Assembly: GCA_030704615.1 (NCBI GenBank)
Contig: CM060734.1
Span: forward strand, 9,796,001-9,860,000
Origin: Takakia lepidozioides
Taxonomy: Eukaryota > Plantae > Bryophyta
DNA: 64,000 nt
Direction of reading: 5' to 3'
Shown here in pieces: positions 49,368 through 62,934 of the stretch. The notes beneath the pieces are model-generated. The model saw only the letters and a list, made by a program, of their open reading frames with translations. It was not told where the DNA came from and did not search any database. Each line of letters begins with the position of its first letter. Position 1 is the first letter of the stretch. A program made the translations under genes and the position numbers.

Positions 49368-52300
49368 ATGACCGGGAGACCAGGAAAGGCTCCTCAAACT
49401 GCCTCTTCTGCTCATGGAATTAAGCACCTTAGAGGGCACCTACATTTGACTAATTGTATTCATCTCAAGAACCACGTGCACATGCAGAAGCATGCCGTGA
49501 TGATGGAGGCGAGGAGGCCCCCTCAGCTCCCACTTATGCGGGAGTTGACGGCACTGCGGAATGCGCGTTATCTACGGGATCCCTCCACAACCTCGTCTTT
49601 AAGCACCTTTTCTGTGGGCAGCTCTGGGGGAAGAGTGGATGCCAGAGACAGTGCTCTAGCACACAGGGATGAGCACAAAGGGGTAAGGGTCTTATCAAAT
49701 GGTGAATTGCAAAGGGATTTGAGGAGAACAAAGCTACGGGAAGGGCAATCAACCCGTCATGATGGGCGGAAGGATAATTACAGGGGAGGATATTTGCGGT
49801 CTGGGGCGTGTGTTGAAAGGGATGGGGCCATCGAGGATATCCAAAGCACTGGAGAGAGAAGGAAAGATGGCAATGGGAATGGAAATTCACAAAAGAAAGG
49901 TCAGTTGGAAGGCAATCGACGGAGATATGAGAAATCCGCAACATCTACCTGGGAGAGTCAGCTAGAAATTGGTGCTGGTTCCAGGCTAGGGGACTCGAGA
50001 GGGCAAGGGCTTAGGGCAGAAAACGGGCATGAATGCTTGGCACAGAGGGGCCATCTGACCACCGGCAATCTCAGCAAAGTGAGAGAACATTCTTGGGAGG
50101 GCAGGGGGGAAACCTACAGGGAGTCCAGGGACAATGGAAGAGGCGGGGAATCACTTAAATCAGAGGACAGGTGGCGAGGGGATGCTGCAAGGAGAGGAGA
50201 CATTGCAAGAGGGCATGTCTGTGAGAAGAATGGTTGCATGCATTCTCCTCTTTCTCATCACTCTCTTGCCCCAAATCTCACTCAGGACCAGGCTCTTTCG
50301 TTACTGGGGCTTGGGGACCATAGGAGCGATGCAGAGGAAAGCTTCTATGAGAGTGAAGATGGAGAGCTGCATTTGGTGGCAAGGGAGATCGATGGAGGAG
50401 CATCGTCCTCTCATTTGGAGTCCAACTTTGAATCCCCTTTGATTTCCAGAGTTTCAATGAAGCCTAAAATTCAGAGAAAACCCCGCATAAGTAATAGGAG
50501 GTTAGAAGCTATTAGGTTCAAAGAGGGGATGCGCATGGGACTGCACTCTCATGGTCACCTATGCAGTCAAAGGTTGGGCCAGCCCGGGTGCTACAGGGAA
50601 GCCCCTGTTCTCACTATGAATGATGAGCTGGAATTGTCAGAGCTCCCTCAGCAAGGGTGTGGAATTCCTTGGCATTGGTCATGGATACACAAATATAAAG
50701 CTAGAAGTTTTTTGGATCTTGCTGGCAGGGGTCTGAATTGTGCATTTACAGAGTCGATGAAGAGAAAGGGGGACTCAAAGCGAACATCCCGAAATGGGTC
50801 TTTTTCTGGGTCGCACCAGGACTTGGAGGCTGCAGTCATGTCAGACCAGTCTCTCTCTTCATTGGATTCAGATGCAAATGTTCAGCCTCGGCTCTCAGGC
50901 GAGAATGACTCTCATGCCAGTGACAGTCCTCCTGCATTTTCCTTTGACAGCGAAGCACCTGCGCGGGAGCTTCCAACAGACTTTGGGCTGATGTTGGCAA
51001 GAGTAAGAGGTAGAGAGGGAGGACGCAAAGGTACCACACAGAACCGATTTGAACCCAGTACAGATGGGGCCATACAGCTGCATGGATCAGTGGGAGAGGA
51101 TGTGGATAAGCATAGAAGCTTGAGCCAGAAGTACCGTCCAAAAGCATTCAAGGACCTTGTGGGTCAAAGCCTAGTTGTGAAATCCCTCTCCACTGCTGTC
51201 ACTAAAGGAAAAATTGCACCAGTCTATCTCTTTATGGGCCCTCGTGGCACAGGGAAGACCACTGCCGCACGAATCTTTGCTGCAGCATTAAATTGTCTCT
51301 CCTCAGCGCCAGATTGCCGACCATGTGGACTTTGTCAGGAGTGTGCCACCCTCACCCTCAATAGAAGCCCAGATGTGAAGGAGATAGATGCTGCGAGCAA
51401 CCCAGAACTGGAGAGTATGAGAGCCATTCTGAGCAACATGGGCTTTTCCCCCTCCCGTTCACGATACAGAGTTTTCATCATCGAGGGTTGTGATTTCCTG
51501 AGTACGGAAGTGTGGAATACGTTCCTCAAGTGCTTGGAGGAGCCTCCCAGCAATGTGGTCTTTGTTCTAATCACCACTGATTCTGAGCGTGTGCCTCTCA
51601 CAGCTGCTTCTAGGTAAATTACAATTGTATTCTTGAGTGGTCTTTGGTTGCCCTAGACCAGTGATGCCCATGATGGACAACTGGTGGGGCATCCAGCATA
51701 AAATCAGTATCTAGGTGTTTTTGCTGTAGGCAGTCTTGTAGGTTTTGGGCATGCTCGTTCTCAGAGTATTTACTATTTTACCATCAATTCTATGCGATTC
51801 CTCGACAGTGATCTGCTCTCTTGACAGTGCAATCTGCAGTATGGGAATTCTTCTTGCCTGTTCTTACCTACCAGATGTCTTCAATGTTATGGGATACAAT
51901 GTTTTTACACTCACAAAAACCTGCATTGCTATTGTGCAACCTTGAAGGTGTCAGAAGTTTCCATTTTGCAAAGTGAAGGAGACAGACATAGTTAGCCGAC
52001 TGCAGATGCTTGCTGCCAAGGAGAACGTGGAAGTGGATGAGGGTGCACTGTCGTTGATTGCATCCAGGGCCGATGGGTCTCTTCGTGATGCAGAAACCAC
52101 ACTGGATCAACTGAGCCTTTTGGACAAGAAAGTTTCTTTGGCTATCGTTCAGGAGCTGGTACACGGGCTTTTCCATTACAGCTGACTCTAGGAGTGGCAC
52201 AAAGTGCAGGAAAAAGTGATGTTGTAATGGGTATAATCACAAGGTCTCAGCTTATGCTTCGATGTAAGTGGATGGGTTAGGTGGCTGAGGTACTGCTTCT

Positions 52301-55300
52301 GAATTTCAATTACTAAATGAAAAGGATGTCTTCTGTCATTTCAGGTGGGACTAATCCCAGACAATAAGTTACTGGATCTGCTCGATTTGGCACTTTCAGC
52401 AGACACGGTGAATACCGTGCGACACATGCGAGAGATCTTGGACTCGGGTGTGGAGCCTCTATCTTTGGTCTCACAGTTGGCCTCTCTGATCACCAACCTT
52501 TTGGCTGGGAGCTTTGATATACAACGGGAGACACGCAAAAAGGGATTTTTCAAAAGGAATCTCTGTGAGTGATGCATTTACCCTCCTTTCATGGTGTGTT
52601 GATCTCAGTGTCTGTGCCTGCAAAGATGTTGTTGGTTGTATGATATTTTGAGGAAATTAGTGCATCTTCCCTCCCTTTGTTTGTCTCTTCCAATTGAGTA
52701 AGCTTGGTTTTGCACACTGAAGGGTCCACCAGCAGTCTCTTTGTATCTTCCAGTGGGAGCTATGGAGAGAGAGTCCGAGTCCTTGAAAGAGCTAGTCTCT
52801 GGATATCCTTGTTCGATCAGATCTTGTAAGTTATCAGCTCATCAGACTTATTACCTGCCCAGTCATCTCGACCTAGATTAGATGATGGATCATCATGCAA
52901 CATTGTGTTCGGGCGGTGACTGACTCTCGTCAACTGTGAGTACCCTATTTGTTCAGCAAAGAAGGGAGAACAACAGCGGCTTCGTCAGTCATTGAAGGTC
53001 TTATCAGAAGCAGAGAAGCAGTTACGGGTATCAAATGACCGATCGACATGGCTGACAGCAGCACTCCTGCAGTTTGCACCAGATCGGTCGTATCTGCCCT
53101 CTTCTGTGGACACCAGTATGCTACCAAGTCCTATTGCATTTGACACATTTGAAAGAGTTGTGAGTGGAGATGTCGCTACTCCAAGACTTCCCACTTTGGA
53201 AGAGCCAGTTGAAGCCCAACATAAAAATCAGAATCCAGAAAAGGAAATTTTGCCAGCGTTTCCACGCTTACAATCTTCAAGCCCAGCATTGAGTCACACA
53301 CTCTCTGCCTACTTACAGAGTCGGAGGAAGGGTCTTCCTTCAGCCATTCAATCGGATGCTAAAGTGCACCCTGCTGAGTCACCTCTGGATTCTCACATTA
53401 GACATGTCAACAGGAGGTTAGAGAAGGTTGCAAGGGGTGTTCTGTGGGAGACTGCACAGGACGACTCTCGGGTGATTTCTGATGTGTCTAGAGCAGCAGG
53501 CACCCGCGAGGCTCTGGCAAATGTGGAAGAGAGTCAATACTCGCCTAGAACGCTACGCATGATGGCAAGGGTGGACCACACAACACTGGGTCCCTCTTTG
53601 ACCACTCAAGCCCAGGCTCGAGCTCTCCGTACTGGTGGAGACGATACCCAGAACTTGGAAGAAGTCTGGACTAAAGTCCTACAAGGCTGCCGTTCAAATG
53701 TGTTAAGACAGCTGCTGCAGGCTCAAGGAAAATTGCTTGCTCTCTCTGTTGCTGAAGGTATGCTTGACTCCATGTATGCATCTTTTTTCTATCTCTCTCT
53801 TGTACATATCCAAGGTAACTATGCATCATGCGATCTTTGTCAGATTTTGGTCTTGGTCCTGATTACAGATATGGGGTGGCATGAATCAGATGACACCTAT
53901 GCAGTTGCGCATGTGGAGCTTCGGCATCCGGATCACAAAGCCAGAGCAGAGCGGCTGCGAAGGAGTATTTGCCATTCTTTTCAAATGGTGCTTGGTTGTC
54001 CTGTTGAACTTAAAATTAGCCTGGCATGCCAGCCGGGTGCTGCAGTTGAGGAGTCCAATCTTTCTCAGACCCAAGGGTTCATCAGAGACTTACCAGGCTC
54101 ATCGAGCAGCAGCCAGAAAAACCATAAGTTGAAAGAGGCTATTGTTAAGGGATTTGTTCCTGAAGCAATGACAGCTGTAGACTGTCCCCTGCCACATGAT
54201 CAACGGCAATCGAAGTCATTTAGCAATCAGCAACCATCGGACATTAATTATGGCCACAGCCTCGACACAGGCAATGCAACCGAAGCAAGGTCGGTCAACC
54301 ACAGCCAACAGTCAGCCCCTGAAAGGGAAAGTAGTGGACTCAAGGTTGAGGGAGAAAGGGGGCAGACTGGTGCGTCGTGGTTACAGGCAGCTCAACAATA
54401 TGCTGGCCAAGAGCCCCACAGCTCAGATAATCACGTGGATCCACTAGATGCTCCTGAATTGGTAACTGCACACAAGTCAGGCAGGAAGATGTTGAAACAG
54501 CGGTTGGATAAGCTGGATGAAAATCATGGGTGGGGAAACAAGTCATTCAAGCGGAAGAATGTGAAGTTTAAGGATGGCGTTCTGAATGGTCAACAAGAAA
54601 ATCTGTAAGTTCCAGGATCTTACTATGGCAGATTTTCATTTCTATGTTTTACTGTTGTTCTAAGCAGTGAATTTCATGAATCTCAAACTGCTGGAATATA
54701 TTAAACATTTTTTATTTGGAGTTGTATCCGTCGGCCGACCTGCTTGGGTGGCATATTCTTGTCCAATCGTTGACCCCCTTTCTCAAAAATTCAGAAGAAT
54801 GAGTACAACTAGTTTGTAGGTGCTTGGCTTAGTTGAGCAGAACTTAACCTATTCATATCTTGAGACCAAGAGCCATCCTGACAAGTCAATGCCCAATTGT
54901 CTTTCAGTTTATTGGTATGTAATCAGTTTCGAGGCCATCTATGCCTCGGAATTTTAACTGAGACACACACTGAGGTAGGCTCTGACAATAGTAGCAAGCG
55001 TATTAGTCAGGTGTAGTTGTAGGTTTGGTGCAAATGCAGTTGATGTAGTTGTAGAAAAGGACCCAGGACTAACTGAGCAGGAGACTTCACACCTGCTACC
55101 TGTCATATAGATGAGACTTACGATCACAGCTGATGCAGTGTCATGCTTCCCTCTCATCTTTGCTTGCTCATCAAATCATTCAGGAGGTTGGAATCTCGTC
55201 TCGAACCCAACAAAGGGGGGGGTCTCCTGTGCTGGAAAGCGTCCCAACCGGATAAGTTCAAGGTGCAAACCCACATGCACTCTCCTCGCACAGGCTTGCC

Positions 55301-55813
55301 TTGCCCATCTCTTTCTCAGGTCTGTATGTCATAATGAGAGATACAACAACTCAGTCATACCCATGAACTCACATGTTGTGGCCATGCACATTGGTGTAGG
55401 TGTGGTGGGGTGCCCCTAGTGACAACCAACCAAATGACAGTCTTGAAAAGCCTCCATAAGCTTCGGGCTCCTGCTCATCACGACCAAATTGACCCATGAT
55501 TCAGCCACTGCATCCTAATTTGATCCTCTGACAATATGCTCCAGGCACCCTCCTAAACCTTTGCAGGGGATGGGTTGCCCTATAATGTGTAACTCAGTTT
55601 TGGTGTTGAACCCTTTCACCAAGCTGATTCTCGAACATGTTCTCTGAAATTCTTTTCCTTTGTATATGCATTTGCACGATCTTAATCATTGGCTTCTTAT
55701 CAGTTCTCCTGCTATGGTTGTGACTGTAGGGAAAGTCAAAGCGACGGACAGCTCAAAGAAGGGGAGACTTTCTCTATAGACTTGTTCCCTGTGCCAAATC
55801 CAACTCCCACTGA
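49368..55813 (+). CDS. STI: STICHEL-like protein (DNA Pol III gamma/tau, AAA+ clamp-loader family). Exons 49368-51613, 51948-52158, 52345-52564, 52957-53757, 53890-54604, 55184-55262, 55730-55813
   Basis: N-terminal HLHLTNCIHLKNH and LRDP; GCGIPWHWS..HK; RSLSQKYRPK.F.DLVGQ; Walker A GPRGTGKT; PCGLCQEC zinc site; SRCQKF; GSLRDAETTLDQLSLL; LSEAEKQLRVSNDRSTWLTAALLQ; QENLRLE..LLCWK. All introns are GT-AG and the frame is preserved across every junction. Orthology among STI and STI-like paralogs is not resolved. Confidence 0.93.
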
Positions 55814-58800
55814 TGATGGGCGTGCATCCAACAGCTTGAGTTGTTCTAACCTTAACCAAAATCTGAGCACGGAGATGTCTACATTTGGGGCCCAAACCTT
55901 GCAATTACCCATGGGAGGCCCTGCAGGAAGGTGAAGGAGCTGTCAGCACTGCTAGCCTTGATGAGGGGGAGAAGGAAAGAGACAAGGCCTTAGCCAAGCA
56001 AAGACACAAAAAACTAATGGAAGCTGCCAAAAGTGTGGCCAGCTTCTTCCAAGGCAAAGTAATTTCATGAAATGGAATTCATTGTGTACATGCCTTGAAC
56101 TGCTGGAAGACAACAATATACATCAATGCATCAGCTTAGGTGGGAAGGTTTACTGCTTATTGCAGCAAGACAACTACCTTCGTGTACACCAGAGACAGTA
56201 GGAAACCACATGTGTTGCTTGTAACATCCTACAGCTGATATACCAGATACTTGACAAATGAGAAGGTTTACTTTTTCGAAGATGTTCTACAGCCTCCCCA
56301 CCTGAAAAGTGCAGATGATTCCTTTTAAGAGACTAGGCAAGGAGGCCTTTGAATGAAGAAGGCGAAGTAACTTCAACATGTATTGAGTCGGAAAACTCTT
56401 TGGAGCTGCACATTCACTCTGCATGAGAGTCTGCAGCTCTAACCCTTGGCAATGCGATAGTCAAAAATGTCCCAGGTATTTTAGGGAACATGAGGCATGC
56501 TGATAATGTCAACACCAGCATACTGTGGTTCTGTTTGAGTGCTCTTACTGTTAGTTCCCAACTTTTTGTAAGCTGAATGATGCCAAAAGTCCAGGAAGTT
56601 GCATGAGCTGCCCATTAAAGTATCATTCAGTTCACATGGGAGGATCAAAAGTTTCACAGGTGCTTCGCTCCTGCATCAGCTTCCATGAAGTAGTTCTTGG
56701 AAGGATACAAAAAGTACTGGATGATTCCGTTGTGCTGACTGTGTGCACTCTTCTATTGATTGTGAATAAAATTCTCAGTCTATCTCTCCGGTCTCTGGGT
56801 CTGCGGTCAGTAGGCACTAATGTATCCAAGTGTCCTCTCACATTTCTCATTGACCCGGGGAGGAGCTGTGGTAGTTTGAGATTTTGAGCAGCAAGGTTAT
56901 TATGTATAGGGTAAGTCCCCCACCCGAGGGTGTACCGCGGTGTGAGGGGAGTGACGGGAGGCGCAGCCCGAGGTCACGAGTCACGACACGAATACCAAGG
57001 TACCAGCCCGAGGGTGGGGGACTTACGCTGCGTAAAGACATAGGGTTTCTTTTCGCTGTGGACGGCTCAGATTGGGGCATCTAACATAAAAGATGACATT
57101 GTAAGGAAAAGATGGCGTGCATAATCTCCCACGGGACATTACGCGTAGTAGGAAATTACGCGTAAGATCCCCGGGCCTGCGTCATATCCCCCGCCCACTG
57201 TTGACGTGACATTCCGCCAGGTAAGCTCCCTGGAAATACAAAGAGAAAAAACCCGTAGGTTTTTTGTCAATGGTTGCCCTACATCCATGTCACAGCAATG
57301 AATTACACTTATGGCTACAGAGAGCTATCACCACGGGTCTGGGCATTGGCAAGGAGGCCTGCGAAATTTAGTTCTTTGTAGCGTTCTGGGGCAGTCTCAA
57401 TTTAGACACCAGTTACCTCAACACTTTAGGACTTGCTGTTCTGAATGTAAGAGGTAAAGCTCCTGCCCTAAGTGTTTTCCCAGATTTCGAGGAGAGGAGC
57501 CCGAGGTGCAGCATTCAAAATCGCCGGAAACAGACAGGCAGGAACTTTACTAATCTTGAAAATATAGCTGCCATTTCCTGGGGCATGCCTGGGGCAAAAG
57601 CAGGCATATGCTAATCGAGTTCCTGGGGCAAAACCATAGAATTTGTGGAATTGTGGACAGGAAGGCACTCGATAGGTCAGAAGGCAGACGGGGATTTTTG
57701 CTGGAGGCAAAATGGTCCGCTGCTCACCACCTACGTTGAAGGTGTAAACGCAGTTGCCCGAGGTTACAACAGCCTGGTTTATGAGAGTGCAGAAAAGTGC
57801 ATTCTTGTGATTGAGAAACTTGGTATGGTAGAATTGAGAGTATCCAGCGTTTTTGACAATCTTAAAATGTAATATATGATAGGTGCTACACTTGACTTTC
57901 ACATAATTCCTCTGGAGATTGATTTAGAGGAAACCTATGACTGTAAAAGGACAAGGAACTACCCTTAAGTTGACAAGGCCTTTGAAAGGAGAAAGGAGGG
58001 GGTGACGATAAGAAAAATTTATCCCATGAACTTGGATTGCTTTGCCAAAATGCATTGCGTCTCTGTGACGGGTTCCATCCTCCAAGGCCTGCTCACGCTC
58101 TCTTCAACCTGCTTATGGCTTCAGAAGTTCTTGGACATCCAACCTTAATCAACTACAGTCCCCGCAGCTCTTTGTATTGGTCAGGAGTAAGAAAAGTTTT
58201 GGCAGCCTTGACCCAGTCCTCTGGCCTGGGCATCATGATTGCAATGTAACCTTCCGTACATGCCTGCGTTGAGCCAACCCATAAACTCTGTGAGTCCCTC
58301 TGTGTCTCTTGATTTTTTTCCGTCTTTTCTGCCTTTCAACTACTGCATCCAGCCGTCAGTGCTACTAGTATCCCCTATCCTTTCTCCTCTATTTTGCAGC
58401 CTGGTCACGTTTCTCCTATTCTAACCACCAGTGGGGCGTCTGGGCAAGCTCGGGCAAGCAAAACTTGGAGAGACTCTCGATTCCTGTCTATACCAAAGAG
58501 GATCTGGTTGCAAGGCTATGGCAGATCAGCTTTTACATCTGCAACAAAGAGATTATACCCGTGAATTGAGCAGACCAGCATCCTTGACCAAGTGCGTGTT
58601 TACTTCAAGGAGCACCCCTCTCACACAGCATCTGCCAGGGTCACCAGCACCATCAGCAACAATTCTAGACACAGAACTTACGGGAAGAGACACAACTGTA
58701 GGGCCAGGTAAAGAAAGCAAGAAACTTTACAGCCCCCATGGAAAGGTCAAAGAGCATAGACAGAGAAAAGAAACAATTGTATGAGTTGGAACAAGAAAGA

Positions 58801-60766
58801 ATCTCATCAGTAGACCTGATCAAGTAGAAGGACTCCCCCACCATCACTTTGCAGAGCACTGAATTGGGCTCCAGTGTTACTGCATTCTGAGCTTCACCCC
58901 ACCCCGGCATCCAGGATATCAAAAAAGGGAGTGATTTGCATTGCAGACCAAAGATTCAGACTCGACAAAACGGGAGGACAAGAGCAAGGAAGAAAAGGGG
59001 GAGGGACATGAAGCACCTTTTTGCGCTTGCCGGTAACTTTCATATCAGTGCGACACTGTTTCCCAACATTGAAATCAACACCTGTGACTGCTGGCACGGG
59101 CTTGAAAGCTGCATGAGTCGGTAACAATCCTATGACACACAGCCTACCACTCCATGCCCATCATCTTTCAGTTGAGCCACACTGGTTGACCCATAATACA
59201 CCTCCCAGGGTTAGCATTCAGTGGGCAAGATCAATGTGCCTATTGACCATTTTCTGCCAAAATTTGGACATTACTTTAATCCCTGTGGGCTGCTAACCGA
59301 CAAGAAGCCTGTCATAGGATTTCCACGTAGAGAAGGTCTGAAAATCACACCACAAGTCCGCTATGAAGTGCACACAGCTGACTGAATCCCAGTTCATTTA
59401 ATTATGGGCTGGCATTGGCATTACGCTAAAATTCTGGCACTGCTAATGTCTACCTACATGAGAGAGAGAAACTCTCCAATTCCGGTGTGTAGTGGTACAC
59501 ATGATTGCAGCTCTTTGCAGCTTCCAACACCAAGACTAGTAGGAAGGGAGAATAAGCAACGAAAAGGTAACTACCCGTTGGCATGCCTGTATACGTACTG
59601 ATCGTGAAACTCCTTGCCGCCCACATCTACACCGACAAGCGATGTCACTTCATTATTACCAAAAATTCAGATGCCTCTATCTATCTCCCAAATGGAAGGC
59701 GGATGTTCAGATACCTTACTAAGTACATCTCTCTCCTTTCTGCTCCTCAATTCACCCGTCCTTTACCTACCTATCTCTCAATCCATTCAAAAGCCAAGGG
59801 TTTGAGGTCACACACTACTGACGCATCTCATTGTCTCTCTCTCTTTTCCTCCCTCAATCAGTGATACACGTACCCACAGCAACCCAGTGGGTGAAATTGC
59901 ATTCGTTGGCAGGGGGTGGGCGAGGTGGAAGCTCGTGGGCCAGCGGGAATATATCATTTTCTCCCGCTCGGGAGAAACCATTCGCCATGTCTACATCTTT
60001 TCCACCCTCAGCAGTCACTGGTTTCTGTCTGTCCAGGTCGAGAACTTCTCTGGCTTCGGCCTTGCTCATCGATGCTTCTCCAGAGAGTTTGTGAGAGATC
60101 CATGCAATTGGGTCCTCTTCTGCAGGATCTTTCACACCGCCGATACCAGTTGCAAGAGTGTCTAGGGAGGGGATGGGGAGCCCCTCCTTAACATCCATGG
60201 TCCCCAAGCTTAAAAAAGAAAAGTAGGAAGCTTCATGGGAGCACATGTTCAGAGAGGGAGCGATAAAAGTTGGCCACCTATTCTCATACATTTGCACATT
60301 TGATGGCTACTAAAGCTCCTTCAAGATTGCAGTGCAATGCACCACCCTGCTGCAAACATGCAATCTACCGTACTGACCTAGCTTATTAGGGAATAATTAA
60401 TTCGAAATCAAGTGCCTAATTAAATTTAGAACATTTTTGGAAAATGTGCCTAAAACTTGGAAAATTTTCCCTGAGAAGTGCCTAATTGCTCAAAAATTGT
60501 GAAAAACACCAAAATGTCCAAATATGTGGAAAAAATGCCTAAATTGTAATATTTAAGGAAGAGACTATGTTTACCCCACGAGTTTAAGGCAAGTGTGTGA
60601 GATGGTGGGCCCGCTAGCCGGAGTTATGAGAGGCTCCGGCAGCCTACCAGTCAAATCTCATCCCCATTAAGAGCACTAGTGGCAGTGAGTCCGACGCCGA
60701 TTTCAAACACACCAAACCAAAGAAGGGGGCAAAAAAAGGTGAAGATAGTTCGTACTGTACCCTCCG

Positions 60767-61492
60767 TGTCGCGCACCTCACTTCGGTAAGCTCCCCTTCA
60801 AGTCATAGTTGCTAGCTTGATGCGCGCGCCTAACTCCCAACCTGGCCGCCGGACCAACTTGGAGCTTCGGCTGCTCACCGGGGCATAACGGTCCCCTTTG
60901 ATCTCCCAAAGAACCCTCCACCGATTTGGAACCAGCGGGAATTCCCTTTGGTAGTTGGCAGTCCGGAATAGCTCCCCACTCTTTGGTCGCTTTCCGGCTC
61001 GCTCGCTTACTCACTAGTTTTTGGTCACCAACGGGCTTGCACCGTTCTCGGGGTTACTACTCCCTATATATACTTCTGTAGCTGTCCGTGGGGGTTTCAC
61101 AACCAGCCATGCCATTTTATGGCGAACCGCCACGAAAACCCTCGACTCCCGGTGAAGAGTCGTGGTGAGTCTTGGCCTACTCACCACGACCCCTATGGAC
61201 CGTGATGAGTCCCAAGACTCCCCACGACTCCCACCACGAGGTCTCCGCTCCCATGATGAGTCCTATGTCACCCCCACTAAGTCCCGCTAAGCTACCACCA
61301 CCCCCTTGTGGAGCCACCCCCACCACAACCCGGTGTGCGGGGCTCCACCTAGTGAGCGCCTCCGCCTCCTTGAGTGCCTTGGGCACTCAAGGGTGCTTCA
61401 GCCCCCCATACCTATCGCTGCCGCTGCCCCCACCACAGGGGCAGCCCCTCATGTGTTCCGACCCCCTGCCCTCAAGGCAAAGGGCCGCGACA
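60767..61492 (-). mobile_element. Solo LTR of the chromovirus family
   Basis: TGTCGCG...CCGCGACA, homologous to 8216-8934; no PBS, PPT or internal region beside it. Confidence 0.9.
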
Positions 61493-61794
61493 GTTGGAGT
61501 GAGTCCGACGCCGATTTCAAACACACCAAACCAAAGAAGGGGGCAAAAAAAGGTGAAGATAGTTCGTACTGTACCCTTCGCCCAATTGGCGAGAAGCAGA
61601 AATGGGGGGATCAATCATGGGGGGGGGGGGGTTGGTCTGAAACTCAGGGGGGCCAATCCGAAAAACAGGTGCAGCATGAACATGGGGGAGCAGACTAATT
61701 AGGAGGAGGGGGAGCAACCTGCCAGTCCTTCCCCTCCTGCAGGGGATGAGGCCATGGACGTTCAAACTTGACAGCGTTGGAACTTGCTAAGCAG

Positions 61795-61948
61795 GTATTT
61801 AATTCGCCATGGGATGTATGTCTGCACCCGAAAAATGGCATTCTTTATATTGCAATGGCTGGGCAACATCAGATTTGGCAACACGACATTTTTGAGGGTG
61901 TTACAAAAGTCTTCAGTGGAGATGGCTATGAGCGCAATCTGAATGGCC
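61795..61948 (+). pseudogene. SOQ1: Isolated exon encoding an NHL repeat of a SOQ1/NHLRC2-like protein
   Basis: VFNSPWDVCLHPKNGILYIAMAGQHQIWQHDIFEGVTKVFSGDGYERNLNG matches the SOQ1 NHL propeller. There is a cag acceptor at 61792-61794 and no canonical GT donor after it. Flanking exons were not recognised. Confidence 0.7.
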
Positions 61949-62934
61949 GCATGTTCTCTCCTCTTTTGCCACATAGTCACATCAAATGGATGAGGACTAC
62001 ATGGAGGACCATGACACACCTTCTCCAGTTCCATTAGAGTCTGTGAGGGGCATTGCCTGTGACATGTGCAGAGTGGGACTGTCACCACATGAGAGAAAGT
62101 ACCAGGCTGGAAAGGGTGAAAGGGAGTGTAGCATTTTGTGAAGAAGTATTGGCCCAAGAGACAAGGAAGTAGTCGTCCCTTGGGCAGGTATATCAAAGGT
62201 TCTTTATGAAGTCCAATATTGCTTTTCCATCTCAGCAGCTATTTTCAAGGAGGGGATTTTATGGTATGATGGGTGTGCAGGATGCACAAGAGAGAATTTA
62301 TTTTCTTGAGATTTTTTGCATTAAGCTGACATTCTTTTCAAACTTGACATTATTTGCAACAGGAGTCCATGTTGATCAGCTTGGGACCTTCAAAAAAGAA
62401 ATGTGAAGTTGAGACATGAGCTACATTGATTTCATACTTTTCAAGGTGTAATTGGCCTTTGAGAGTAAATTTCATAGGCTTCACATCAAATAGAAATCCA
62501 ACAAGGATATCAATGTTGTTGTGAGAGCTACAAATGAGTGAATGGACTTGAATAGTGATACTTAAGCACCATATTCGTGCTTGGAATGAGGTCAATCAAG
62601 CACGCACAGTGATGGTGTGAATATGTTTAAGCCATCACTTCCATGTGAAAAAACTACTTAAATGATATGAATTGCACTGTCACTTACTTTGTGTTGTAGT
62701 AATTTGCATTGTTAAGACATGAAATTCGTGGAGATGAAGTTAAGCAAGATTTTGGCACGGAAGTAGTATCCCAACACTATGTATTAAAACTCACACGTAA
62801 TCCATGTCGTAATAGAGCAAACGTAATTAGTGTCATTCTCATGCCATCAAAGTAACGTATATCACATGGATAATTTGTTTGACGACATCCGTGCCACAAT
62901 CGTTAGGTAGTCGTGGCCTAGCAAATTTGAGATG

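Noticed and set aside
49368-55813. Bacterial dnaX, contamination or recent HGT
   Set aside because: Spliceosomal introns and STICHEL-specific N- and C-terminal motifs identify the known plant family.
57470-60300. Possible exons of another host gene (e.g. ORFs 57645-57872 and 59854-60297)
   Set aside because: No recognisable domain, and no consistent splice model could be built by eye.
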